A stretch of 64,000 nt of DNA from Promethearchaeota archaeon (GTDB taxonomy: Archaea; Asgardarchaeota; Lokiarchaeia; Sigyniarchaeales; SOKP01), in the NCBI GenBank assembly GCA_019058445.1, contig JAHPZA010000009.1, forward strand, positions 288,001 to 352,000, written 5' to 3'. The notes under the pieces were generated by a model. That model did no database searches. It worked only from the letters and a program-made list of their open reading frames with translations, and had not been told where the DNA came from. Each line of letters opens with the position of its first letter. Position 1 is the stretch's first letter. This document shows positions 20,834 through 30,562 of the stretch, piece by piece. A program made the translations under genes and the position numbers.

Positions 20834-21792
20834 CTGATAGCGACTATCCAGAAGAAATTTTACAAAGTCTTGAAGATTATAATATTGATATAAGAGATTT
20901 CTTACCCGGACACGGAGGAGGTGCTAAATTACTTTTAGATTTCAATAAGATTAAGGGAGTTGAACAAATAGAGGGAATTATCTTAAAGGGGAGAGAAATC
21001 CCAAATGGTATAGTGGCAGATGTCGTGATTAAAGAAGGTACTAAATTAGAGGAACCCGTCCATTTATGTTTTGGGGTGAGTAAAGAGACCGGTATCCAAG
21101 AAATATTCCCCAGAATAATCGCAGAAGACAATACTGAAGTAAAAGTTCAAGCACATTGCAGTTTTCCTAAAGCTAATGGATTGATTCATAAAATGTTCGG
21201 ACATTTTTACATTGGTAAGAATTGTAATTTTAATTACAGTGAAACCCATTATCATGGGGAAAATAGTGGAGCTTTGGTCGCGCCTGTTGGTTACATGTAT
21301 GTTGGGGAAAATAGCGTCTTTGAAAATAATTTTAATCTCACTAAAGGTACCCCAGGAAAAGTTAAAATTATGTTAGATATTTATGCAATGGAAAATAGTG
21401 TGATAAGATCAAATATTCGAGCATTTGGGAAAAATATAAAAGATTCCGTTAGAATTAGAGATGCAATTTATCTGGAAGGGAAAAACGCAAGAAGTGTTTT
21501 AAAAATGAAGGCTGCTGCCAGAGATGGCGGGGAAGTCTTGATGTATGGAATCACTGAAGGTAACGCCCCGAATTGTAATGGACACGTGGAATGCAGTGAA
21601 ATCGTACTTGGTAAAGGTTCTATATGTCGAGCTCGCCCATTTATCCGAGCTACAGACCCCATGTCGAGCGTATCTCACGAAGCTTCTTTAGGTCGATTTC
21701 CGCAAAAATGGCTTGACGAAATAATGGCAAAAGGACTAAACGAAGAAGAAGCTACTGAAATACTAATAGAGGCGATGTTAAGGGAAGAATAA
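20830..21792 (+). CDS. sufB: SufB/D-family (SmsB-type) Fe-S assembly protein
   Basis: PVHLCFG, AHCSFP, GHVECSE, VSHEASLG, MAKGL.EEEA. Confidence 0.9.
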   Translation: MTDSDYPEEILQSLEDYNIDIRDFLPGHGGGAKLLLDFNKIKGVEQIEGIILKGREIPNGIVADVVIKEGTKLEEPVHLCFGVSKETGIQEIFPRIIAEDNTEVKVQAHCSFPKANGLIHKMFGHFYIGKNCNFNYSETHYHGENSGALVAPVGYMYVGENSVFENNFNLTKGTPGKVKIMLDIYAMENSVIRSNIRAFGKNIKDSVRIRDAIYLEGKNARSVLKMKAAARDGGEVLMYGITEGNAPNCNGHVECSEIVLGKGSICRARPFIRATDPMSSVSHEASLGRFPQKWLDEIMAKGLNEEEATEILIEAMLREE

Positions 21793-21864
21793 TTTAATAT
21801 TATAATAGAATATAAATAAAATCAAGTTTTTAATAATTTAAATTTTTAAAAGAAGTGATAAAAT

Positions 21865-22383
21865 ATGGCAGAAAATGAAATTAATGTAGGAGATCAAGCG
21901 CCTCTCTTCAAGATTGATTCTTATAATGCGGGCACTATTGATTTGGCTGAACTTATTGGAAAAGAAAAAATAGTATTAATTTTTTCCAGATATTTTGGTT
22001 GTCCTATTTGTCAATTAGATTTAAAAACCTTATTAGAACGTTCTAAAGAGATAGAGAATAAAGGAGCAAAAATCTTATACATTACTCAAAGTGGAGAAAA
22101 AGTTGCAAAAGAATTTATTGAGAGTAAAGGCATCCCGTTTCCGGTTATTCCCAGTAGTAAAGATGAGTTGTATAAAGACTATGGATTGGGGCCTATGATA
22201 AAAGAAGCTGCGAAACAGGTCAAAGCTAAAGTAAAAGAAGCGTTTGCTTTAGGATTTGAGCATGGAGAGTATGAAGGTTGGGAGCCACAGTGTCCTGGTC
22301 AATTTGTAATCGATACGGATGGTAAGATAGTTCATGCAAAACCGGGTTGGTTGGAAGTCGATGCTATCCTTGAGGTATTATAA
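21865..22383 (+). CDS. AhpC/TSA peroxiredoxin-like protein
   Basis: GDQAP.F, FSRYFGCPIC, QCPGQFVID. Confidence 0.85.
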   Translation: MAENEINVGDQAPLFKIDSYNAGTIDLAELIGKEKIVLIFSRYFGCPICQLDLKTLLERSKEIENKGAKILYITQSGEKVAKEFIESKGIPFPVIPSSKDELYKDYGLGPMIKEAAKQVKAKVKEAFALGFEHGEYEGWEPQCPGQFVIDTDGKIVHAKPGWLEVDAILEVL

Positions 22384-22435
22384 CCTCTTATAAATCGAGA
22401 ATATTATTTTTAAATTTTTAGAAAGGACTTAAAAT

Positions 22436-23080
22436 ATGAAGGAAAATACTAAATATAGCGATTATCGTTTTGTAGGAAAAATAAATGTTGATGAAAATCA
22501 ACCCTGGTTTGATTTTGCTTCAAATAAGCCCTGGGACGAGGGTGAGATACCATGGGTTGTCGAGAATAAAGTAAGGAGAGAAATATTAATAAAACTCGCA
22601 GAAGGTCCCATGACTTTTGAAGAAATCTATAATAGTATTAATTTTGCTCCCAAACCATTGCTGATCTCAAAAGAAGAATATGAATGTAAACTTGCATTTC
22701 AGTGGACTAAAGACACTATAGAAAATCATTTAATGAATCTTGTATGGTATAACCTAATAAAGAAGATCAATGGGAAATACGAATTAGCATTTCCCATTTT
22801 AAAAATAGATCAAGAAAATGAACTTGAATCCTATATTACGAAATATGCTGAAAACTGGCTAAAAGTAATAAAAGAAATAAAAGAGGACTTAAACTCTAAG
22901 AAAGGGATTTTGAGTAATAAATCAACCTTACAAGCAATTATAATTGAAAAAACAGTTGAAAAATTATATATTTTATTAAAAAGAGAAAAAATCGTCCCAG
23001 ACGAGCCAAATATAAAAATCTTGTGGGCAGAACAGCTCAGAAAAATAAAATTTGAAGATTGGGTGGAAAAAAACTTCTAA
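22436..23080 (+). CDS. Putative winged-helix DNA-binding protein
   Basis: RREILIKLAEGPMTFEEI ... HLMNLVWYNLI (ArsR-like with an insertion). Confidence 0.6.
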   Translation: MKENTKYSDYRFVGKINVDENQPWFDFASNKPWDEGEIPWVVENKVRREILIKLAEGPMTFEEIYNSINFAPKPLLISKEEYECKLAFQWTKDTIENHLMNLVWYNLIKKINGKYELAFPILKIDQENELESYITKYAENWLKVIKEIKEDLNSKKGILSNKSTLQAIIIEKTVEKLYILLKREKIVPDEPNIKILWAEQLRKIKFEDWVEKNF

Positions 23081-23359
23081 TTTTTTTCCAAATTTTAAGC
23101 TCTAAATATAATTTAGCACTTTTTTTAATAGATTGTTATTAAATCCGAGTATTATAAATGATACTCTGATCCTTGAGTGAATTTTTTGTAGTTGGAATAA
23201 TCTATGAATTTAAAAATTCTCTTTTTTATATTATATACCTGAAATTTATAAAATAGAATCTTTTTTAGTAATCAAATTATTTGGTAAAATATATCGCTTT
23301 AAAAAGATTTAAATTTATACAAAATAAATTTATTTTTATTATTTGGAGTTATTTTATTG

Positions 23360-23932
23360 ATGATGATGAAAAAGAAATCTTTTAATGAACTTTTAAGTAT
23401 TGACGATGATGATAAAAAAATCATCGAGATGATTGAAAAAGATCCTGACATTACCCATAGCGACATAGCAAAAGAAATTGAGAAGTCACAACCAGCTGTA
23501 GGAGCTCGAATTATTAAGCTTGAACGTAAACACCTCCTAACGAAACAAGTAGGATTCAATATAAAGAAAGTTGATATTAAAGTCTCAATTGCCTATATCT
23601 CTACAAAAGATGTCGATAAAATAGTAGAAAAAATTGAAGATTGTCCTTTCATTAACCACGCGTTCAAGATAAGCGGAGAATATAATTTACTTTGTTTTAT
23701 AACTGCTTCGGATCTCCAAACTATTGAAAGGTTGATTGATTTATGCTTCCGTAGAGATAAGGATGTTATAAATGTAAAAACGAGTATCCTTATTGAGTCA
23801 ATACACGATTTTGTGGTACCTATTGATTTTCAAATAGAGAATTTTGATGGAAGATATTGTTCTCCGCAATGCTCTTTAGCAGATGAAGTGAAATATAAAT
23901 TCAAAGTAGAGGATCTGGAAAAAGAAGAGTAA
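23360..23932 (+). CDS. Lrp/AsnC-family regulator
   Basis: HTH THSDIAKEIEKSQPAVGARI, CPF...FKISG, Cys tail CSPQC. Confidence 0.9.
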   Translation: MMMKKKSFNELLSIDDDDKKIIEMIEKDPDITHSDIAKEIEKSQPAVGARIIKLERKHLLTKQVGFNIKKVDIKVSIAYISTKDVDKIVEKIEDCPFINHAFKISGEYNLLCFITASDLQTIERLIDLCFRRDKDVINVKTSILIESIHDFVVPIDFQIENFDGRYCSPQCSLADEVKYKFKVEDLEKEE

Positions 23933-23956
23933 TTAAAAAATTTCATTTTTATTAAT

Positions 23957-24496
23957 TTAAATTAAACCCTGCTTCTTAGCGAGCTTATACTTACATTTTT
24001 CACCACATCCTACTTCATCATTAGGGTCGTGATCTTCCGAATCGAAATCAATTGGCAAAATAAGATCTTTAGCAATTTCGGTAACAACCTCCATAGAAGC
24101 CATACTCACGTCTGAATTATTCCGAAAATGATAATTCACAACTGTATCTAATTTTTCTAATTTACTGCTTGCCAAGAGAATACATATATTATGTGCTCCG
24201 CTTAACCGAAAGGCATTAAGCATGAATGGGCAACATTTTGCCATATCCATGATCTCCTCTGGATTCTTCGAATTAACTTCCACGGTAGCTAAGAAAAGCT
24301 CAACCTTTTTAAAATTGATTCCTGGCTGAAATTGTAATATTCCAGACTTTTCCAGTTTTTTAATTCGCATCCCTACAGTAGGCTGACTTCTATCGATTTT
24401 TTCAGCAATTTCAGTATGCGTAAGATTTGGGTCTTCTTGGACTAATGAAATTATTTTTCTATCCACATCATCCAGCTTTAGCTTTTCACTTATCAT
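23957..24496 (-). CDS. Lrp/AsnC-family regulator
   Basis: THTEIAEKIDRSQPTVGMRI, CCPF..AFRLSG, tail CGEKC. Confidence 0.9.
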   Translation of the reverse strand: MISEKLKLDDVDRKIISLVQEDPNLTHTEIAEKIDRSQPTVGMRIKKLEKSGILQFQPGINFKKVELFLATVEVNSKNPEEIMDMAKCCPFMLNAFRLSGAHNICILLASSKLEKLDTVVNYHFRNNSDVSMASMEVVTEIAKDLILPIDFDSEDHDPNDEVGCGEKCKYKLAKKQGLI

Positions 24497-24791
24497 GTGT
24501 CTCTCAAGTTAAATTTTAGTTTAGACTTAATTTAAATTTAGTTTTTAACATATATAATTTGTTAGTTTTTTAATGCTTCTAAATTTAATCCTTAAAGATG
24601 TAAATTAGTTATAAAATCGATAAAGTGTAAATATAAGAATCAAATAAGGGGACTGATAAAAAAGTCTATAATCAATAATATCCCTTCTAAATAGTGTAAT
24701 ATAGAAGATATTTAAAAACCTATGTAATTTGAAAGATTAAATTCTGTTAAAATTTTAGATAAAATTCATAAAAAAGTAAAAGTGGAATAAA

Positions 24792-25010
24792 TTAATCTTT
24801 CCAGCAATGATGATCCAATTTACATTCACATCTACTAAAATTAAAATCAAATGGTATAACAAAATCGGTCATAATGTCCGTTATTAGATCTATTGTAACT
24901 TTCAGTACATCAGGATTGCTTCTTAAATGAATATTGACAATCTTATCAATATCTTCGACATTAAATCCTGCCATCATAATACTCATATCGGTATTTCCGC
25001 TCAATCTAAA
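24792..25010 (-). pseudogene. Orphan 3' half of an lrp gene (displaced original end of 31637..32143)
   Basis: FRLSG...CECKLDHHCWKD nearly identical to the C-terminal half of the 31637 gene; HTH absent. Confidence 0.9.
24796..25010. repeat. 215-bp direct repeat, left copy (att-like)
   Basis: Ungapped manual alignment to 31644..31858, about 29 mismatches, mostly at third codon positions. Confidence 0.92.
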
Positions 25011-25263
25011 TGCTACTATCGGATTAAATACCAAAATATTTTTGAAATTCCTAAATTTATCAAATCGTTGAAAGTAAAAAAAATGGAATAAATTTGTAAT
25101 GAGACTTATAGATTTCTAATACTTATTTTAGAGGAATTAGCACATTTTTGAATAATTTGGAATATTAATATTAAGTGAATAACTCGTTCACTAAGAAAGA
25201 AATCCCTAAGAAATCAAAGTAAAAATTAAATTAAAAAAAAAGAAGTTAAAATAGAAGTAGGGC

Positions 25264-25421
25264 TTAAATGTAGCCATTCTTTCGAAGGATATTCACCCAT
25301 CCGCACGTACAGGCTTCACAGTCGGGTTCCCATTCCTATAACAGTTCGAGCAGGTTATGACGGAATCAAAACTCGCTTGCTCTAACAAATTCATCAATAG
25401 TTCCTCCTTCTCTTCACTCAT
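25264..25421 (-). pseudogene. Small zinc-finger protein, frameshifted
   Basis: MSEEKEELL...VITCSNCYRN / frameshift / EPDCEACTCGWVNILRKNGYI*. Confidence 0.65.
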
Positions 25422-25424
25422 AGT

Positions 25425-25709
25425 TTAGTGCTCACCTGTAGATCTGTTTTTGAGAATAATATAGAATTGCATGAGCTCGTTAAATGTGAGACATTTGATA
25501 TTACAGCCTGTCTTACATAGCTCGTACACATAGTTCGCTTCTAAGAAGTTAATTACATAGGTGTACCATTGTTCTAAGGGGATGTGTTCTGGAAGTGCTT
25601 TCCTTACGAGTGGCAAAAAGGCGTTCATAGTGAGGTTTTTGCTATATAATTGTTCAAATTCTTTTCGGTGGTATTTCATTTCGGGGGGCGGGGTGTGTAG
25701 CGAATACAT
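25425..25709 (-). CDS. Hypothetical mobile-element protein
   Basis: 94-aa ORF tightly packed with its neighbours (TAA-ATG junction at 25712-25707). Confidence 0.6.
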   Translation of the reverse strand: MYSLHTPPPEMKYHRKEFEQLYSKNLTMNAFLPLVRKALPEHIPLEQWYTYVINFLEANYVYELCKTGCNIKCLTFNELMQFYIILKNRSTGEH

Positions 25710-25860
25710 TTAGCGAAATCGCTCTCCGTATCGGTCATTAAACTTTTCAAAATCCATATCATCTTCTAACATATCTTTTAAGATGTCATAGGCATCCAGA
25801 ATCGGGGAATTAGGAGAAATAAATTCAAAATCCTTGTAGATAAATTCTAATTTTTTTCAT
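25710..25860 (-). pseudogene. Small acidic protein frameshifted in an A7 run after the ATG
   Basis: Removing one A gives MKKLEFIYKDFEFISPNSPILDAYDILKDMLEDDMDFEKFNDRYGERFR*. Confidence 0.55.
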
Positions 25861-25972
25861 CCTAATGTAAAAGTGGCAGGATCGAATTCTTCAGAAAAGA
25901 ACTCCTGGATGAAAAATATAATGTTCATAGTGCTACTATATATTTTACGCACGGAACGGAATAATTCATTAA

Positions 25973-26433
25973 TGGAAATTCATTACTGAAGGTATTATCA
26001 CCGCCCACAATATTTTAAGTTCTACCGAAGAAATTGAAATTAATGGCGGATATAACAAATTTACAGGAATAGTGAATGAAGGAATTGCCTCTGAAATCAT
26101 AAAAGTGACTCCCCGGGAGGGAGTATACTATGATAACACGTTAGGGTTCCAACCTGAGACGATTGATGGTTCTTATTACTATATGGACGGTGATTTTGAC
26201 GGGAAGATGGAAACAATATTGGTAGCAGATGTGGAAGGCAACATAATCGCTGTCGGGTTTGATTACGATTATAATTCATATTTCGTACCCCATAAACGAG
26301 ATCTAGTTCACATTCACGTGCGTGAATCACAATTTTCTGAAGATGAGGGATACTTTAACTCAAGCATAAATTACTGGACTGTTATGACGAGGACGATGAT
26401 TATATCTCTCTTGAAAAGACATTCTCGGACAGC
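25973..26433 (+). pseudogene. Frameshifted upstream part of the giant protein gene, lacking a native start
   Basis: Frame opens after TAA at 25970; contains DGDFDG and DYDYNS Ca-binding-like motifs; the frame of the 26434 ORF is already open from ~26359. Confidence 0.7.
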
Positions 26434-29400
26434 TTGTTTGACTTATGGAAAATTCAATTCTCTGGGGGTTCGAGTGTACTATTAGATGAAGTATCCCAGC
26501 TTACTTTTGATAAATTTGCGGAATCTCTCACTCCAGAAAAAGTACGAGCAGATTTTGCGTGGCAATTAATTTCCACGGGTGTTGCGCTTGGCGTAGGAGC
26601 ATTAGCGGGGAAGTTAGGATTTGCGCTGACGTATGCGGGTATGAATATTTGGAAAGGGGTAGTAGACCAAATGGAGCAGGACAATCTGATCGCTTCGAAG
26701 ACATATCACGACGAGAATTACCGCGGTAAGAAATCATTATCGGAGACGCCTTGGTATGATGATTTCTTTGGAGATTCCATTACCACCGCGTTTATTGGTA
26801 ATCCATTCGGCGTATATGCGCCCGTAGTATTTGAGACCGAGAAGTATAAATATGAGGGTCAAGTGGTATTAGCACCTATGGGCGGGTCTAAGACAAAAAG
26901 TATTGAGGAGTCATTTTTATCCAGCGGACTTCAGGCAAAATACGTATACACTCCATTAGATTTTTCCCTTCAAACCCGGAATTATCTAGGATATTCTGAT
27001 CTTACTGATGTACGATGTCAAGGATTAATTGATGATGATTTAATGGTTGATTATTGGGTTGAATCTGCGCTAAGCATAGACTTCGGCATGTCAGGCAGCC
27101 CATATGAAATAGCCTACGAGGGGCTTACCCATTACCAAGAAAATCTGGACGTATTCTCCCGCCTCTGGAACGCCCCGCATTCCATTACATACCTTGAAAA
27201 TAACGCTGCCCTATCTACCAAGCAAAACCAAGATGATGATCTGAATAAAATTATCCCCTATATGGATGATTACTATCCAACCCTTTTATTAAGTGATGTG
27301 AACAACATTAAAACTCTTCCCGAATTCTACGAGGATTATCCTATCATTGTCTCAGAAGAGGTCTATGACGATATTTGCGATGAGTTGTTTGATAGGGAGT
27401 TAGATAGCTTCTATAAAGTATGGGAAAAAGGAGAAGGTCAAGATCTACGCATCATCCCCGGAGGTTCCACGCATACATTAAAAGCCGATATTGATCACAT
27501 TAACGTATATGTCTGTACTTACAAAACAGGGGGCGATAAAGCGAGCTTTGGTTACGATAAATTTGACACCTTGGAAAGCGATGATTATGCATTTGATGAG
27601 AATTCAGGGCAGATTATCTTTGATTCATCTATCATAGAGAAGTTTAAAGGTAAAATTGACGAGAAAGAAGATGTCAATTCAAACTATCAATATTGTATTG
27701 TTTTAGAGATTTTTGTAGAAAAGTTCCGCTCTATCAATGACACCAAAGACCTTACTACTGAGGAGATGAAACAGATTGCGTCCATGCAAGCCATTCAGGT
27801 AGCAGTATTGGAGTATTATTATCAATTCCAATTAGCTGTACAAAGCCAATCCAAGATCAATGAGATCGCCTATACTGTTGCTCTCACAGCAGCCACTACC
27901 GCGATTTTATGCCCCCAACAGATTCTATCTGAGACGTTAGAAGAATTATTCTTAGACCCGCTTATTGAAGCCTCTGTATCTGGTATTACCAGAGAGATTG
28001 GTAAAGCTATGGGTATAGAGGATACCACATACGCCGAAATCGTGTTTTCCACCATGGCAGAAACCGGGCGTGAAACTGCTATGGGGTTAGGGACCACGTT
28101 TAATGAGCAATCCCAATGGCGCCAAAACCGATACATTCACAAAATATTTAAAAAGATCACTGCCTACCAGCAGCAACAGGCAGCTGCCCATCAAAATAAT
28201 ATTATAGAGGAAGTGAAACAATCATCCGAACAAGATACTTCTGATACAGCGCAGACGTCTTTAATTATATTTGGCAGAGCAATCCAACAAGCTGCCATCT
28301 ATGCCAAGCTAAGGAATATGGATGTGAAACAGCGCAAACAGATTGCAAAACTTCCCGCAAAACAGATTCTCGCCATTTTAACTGGAAAAGAAGCGGTAGA
28401 TTTCGATTTAGATTCTAAGCTACCTGCTCCCAATCCGTTCTATATGGGTGACGATGATGATGAGGGAACAATCGTGTATAATGAAAGGCTAAATGCGCTT
28501 ATTCGACTCAATATGTTGAGCGGTAATCGGTTAAATTCTATCTCCGATGAGAAAAAGCAGAGACAATTGCCAAAAGGATTATGGGAAAAAACTGTTAGAA
28601 TGGTTCAAGCACAAAGTCTTAATATTCTTCAAGATAGTAAGGGTATTTGGACTTTGGATCCATATATGATTGCCAGAGATATCCTACAAGAGCAAGGATA
28701 TGATATAAGTAATACTCTTTTTGCTGGAAATATGGCACCAAGATTTATCGCTTCAGCAGATTCTATTGAGAAATATATAACATTAATTAGTTTATACATT
28801 AATGACTTCCAACATTGTTTAAGAAGTAACAATTTGATTGAAGCTCTTGACATATTAGATGTAAAATCAGACGTCTCAAGAAAGATTATTCAAGATATTT
28901 TGGATAGTGGTAATAAAGTAAAAATTCAATTAGCTAAGCATATCCTTAACAAGATCTTAGACCTTAAAATTACAAAGAAGTTACCAGCTGATGCTATTAT
29001 AGGAAATACCGAATCATTAAAAATTTGGCAAAAAGGATTTTACAAAAAATTAAAATCAGGCAGTTTTCGAGGGGTTGTGTATAAAGTTTACTTCAACCTT
29101 CCAGGAACGGTTTATGATTATAAAAATAGCCATTATATTGGTAATCAATATATTGGTGCAACTGGTAGAATGAATCCTAAAATCCGTTTTTATGAAGAAA
29201 TTTGGCAAGCATTAGAAGCTACTCAAGATACAAGGCAAAAGAAAATTACTCAATGGTTATTGCATCCCACTCCACAAAATTTGCCGATTTTGACGACTAA
29301 AAATAAATATTTTAAAGCAATAATTTTTGCAATGCGTTTTTCAGGGATAACAGTCAAGGAAATCCTTGATTATAAGAAGCAGATAGATGCTCATCCATCA

Positions 29401-30492
29401 AAAAAGTGGGATATAGCAATGAAAATAGCTGATAGGTTAGAAACGAGTAATATTGTTAAGTTCACACCTATAGAAGTAACTGAGTCTCTCGACTATGCAT
29501 TTAAGAGAGAAAGACAATTAGTTTTAGCTTATCAGAAAAGAAAAGGATCAATAGATACTCTATTAAACTCAATAGTTCCTGCTGGCGTATTTGCAGCATC
29601 AATAGATCTTCCTTGGTTTGATATTGCAATAATGATTGCAATGGGGTACCCTATAAAACAAATAGCAGAACATTTATCAAACGAATATCCAGAATACCAT
29701 GGAATCCATAGGAATACTATTACCCGTGGAATAGAAGAATTATTTGGTGATTTTTATCAAGCTCAAGAGGAATTGTTGGGAGGGTCAATTGAATACCTTT
29801 TAGATTTTAGTGAAGAACTATTAGGGCGCGAATCTGGTGCTGTACGGCGCTATTTGCAGATACAACATGATATTAGAATCCATAGAACTGTGTATTATAA
29901 AGCTAAGAAAGACATAACTTGGTTTTATCAGTACTTGTGGGGTTCAGTAGGTCTGAAATTTGATCAAGACAAAGTAAAGTCTCTTATTGATCGTCTCCCT
30001 CCCGCTAAGATAGATCCTCATACTGTAAACAGAATTGTCAACGCATACTCCCTTAGATTATACGGTCAACCAAGAATAACGTGGTATAAGTGGGCAATTG
30101 AAAATAAAGATGATGTTTCGATTGCTAATGAACTCAATATTAATAGAAAGACTGTTAGCAAGATATGGGACACTTTGTTAGAAGATATATTACAAGATAC
30201 ACAGATACCAAATTTGATTCTAGCCACGAATAGCAAAGAAGCAATAAAATCATACCTTAGATCTCAAATAGCGATCGCTTTATTACAAAGGGGCGTCTCA
30301 ATGGATTATATTTGGACTTATGTTTTTGGAGAATCTGTTACTCCCTATCAAGCTCAAAAAAGAGATGAATTTTTTCAAAAATTAGCGTTGGGGTCCTATT
30401 TACACTCTGAGGATGTTTTACTTGGATTTTATGATACATTCTGGCTTGAATTTCATGAGATTCTTTATAATGCCCCCTCAGGCATAATTTAA
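26434..30492 (+). CDS. C-terminal remnant of a giant polymorphic-toxin-like protein with a GIY-YIG nuclease and HTH domains
   Basis: Acidic N-part, Gly/Ala hydrophobic helices, Q-rich linker, GVVYKV...YIGATGR..PKIRF...RERQ...LLNS, two HTH-like segments. Confidence 0.7.
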   Translation: MFDLWKIQFSGGSSVLLDEVSQLTFDKFAESLTPEKVRADFAWQLISTGVALGVGALAGKLGFALTYAGMNIWKGVVDQMEQDNLIASKTYHDENYRGKKSLSETPWYDDFFGDSITTAFIGNPFGVYAPVVFETEKYKYEGQVVLAPMGGSKTKSIEESFLSSGLQAKYVYTPLDFSLQTRNYLGYSDLTDVRCQGLIDDDLMVDYWVESALSIDFGMSGSPYEIAYEGLTHYQENLDVFSRLWNAPHSITYLENNAALSTKQNQDDDLNKIIPYMDDYYPTLLLSDVNNIKTLPEFYEDYPIIVSEEVYDDICDELFDRELDSFYKVWEKGEGQDLRIIPGGSTHTLKADIDHINVYVCTYKTGGDKASFGYDKFDTLESDDYAFDENSGQIIFDSSIIEKFKGKIDEKEDVNSNYQYCIVLEIFVEKFRSINDTKDLTTEEMKQIASMQAIQVAVLEYYYQFQLAVQSQSKINEIAYTVALTAATTAILCPQQILSETLEELFLDPLIEASVSGITREIGKAMGIEDTTYAEIVFSTMAETGRETAMGLGTTFNEQSQWRQNRYIHKIFKKITAYQQQQAAAHQNNIIEEVKQSSEQDTSDTAQTSLIIFGRAIQQAAIYAKLRNMDVKQRKQIAKLPAKQILAILTGKEAVDFDLDSKLPAPNPFYMGDDDDEGTIVYNERLNALIRLNMLSGNRLNSISDEKKQRQLPKGLWEKTVRMVQAQSLNILQDSKGIWTLDPYMIARDILQEQGYDISNTLFAGNMAPRFIASADSIEKYITLISLYINDFQHCLRSNNLIEALDILDVKSDVSRKIIQDILDSGNKVKIQLAKHILNKILDLKITKKLPADAIIGNTESLKIWQKGFYKKLKSGSFRGVVYKVYFNLPGTVYDYKNSHYIGNQYIGATGRMNPKIRFYEEIWQALEATQDTRQKKITQWLLHPTPQNLPILTTKNKYFKAIIFAMRFSGITVKEILDYKKQIDAHPSKKWDIAMKIADRLETSNIVKFTPIEVTESLDYAFKRERQLVLAYQKRKGSIDTLLNSIVPAGVFAASIDLPWFDIAIMIAMGYPIKQIAEHLSNEYPEYHGIHRNTITRGIEELFGDFYQAQEELLGGSIEYLLDFSEELLGRESGAVRRYLQIQHDIRIHRTVYYKAKKDITWFYQYLWGSVGLKFDQDKVKSLIDRLPPAKIDPHTVNRIVNAYSLRLYGQPRITWYKWAIENKDDVSIANELNINRKTVSKIWDTLLEDILQDTQIPNLILATNSKEAIKSYLRSQIAIALLQRGVSMDYIWTYVFGESVTPYQAQKRDEFFQKLALGSYLHSEDVLLGFYDTFWLEFHEILYNAPSGII

Positions 30493-30562
30493 AAAGTATA
30501 GTTTTTTATTAAAATATAGGAAAAGGATTTTGTTTTCTTGTAAAACAAAAAAGTCTTGTTAC

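Noticed and set aside
21865-22383. Possible selenoprotein (Prx-like)
   Set aside because: The active site is encoded by TGT codons (CPIC); there is no in-frame TGA
24792-25034. 80-aa ORF as an independent gene
   Set aside because: Similarity to the lrp gene stops at 25010; the first codons are element sequence and the start looks fortuitous
25011-26000. Integrase or transposase for the element
   Set aside because: No tyrosine/serine recombinase or DDE motifs recognised in the frames I read
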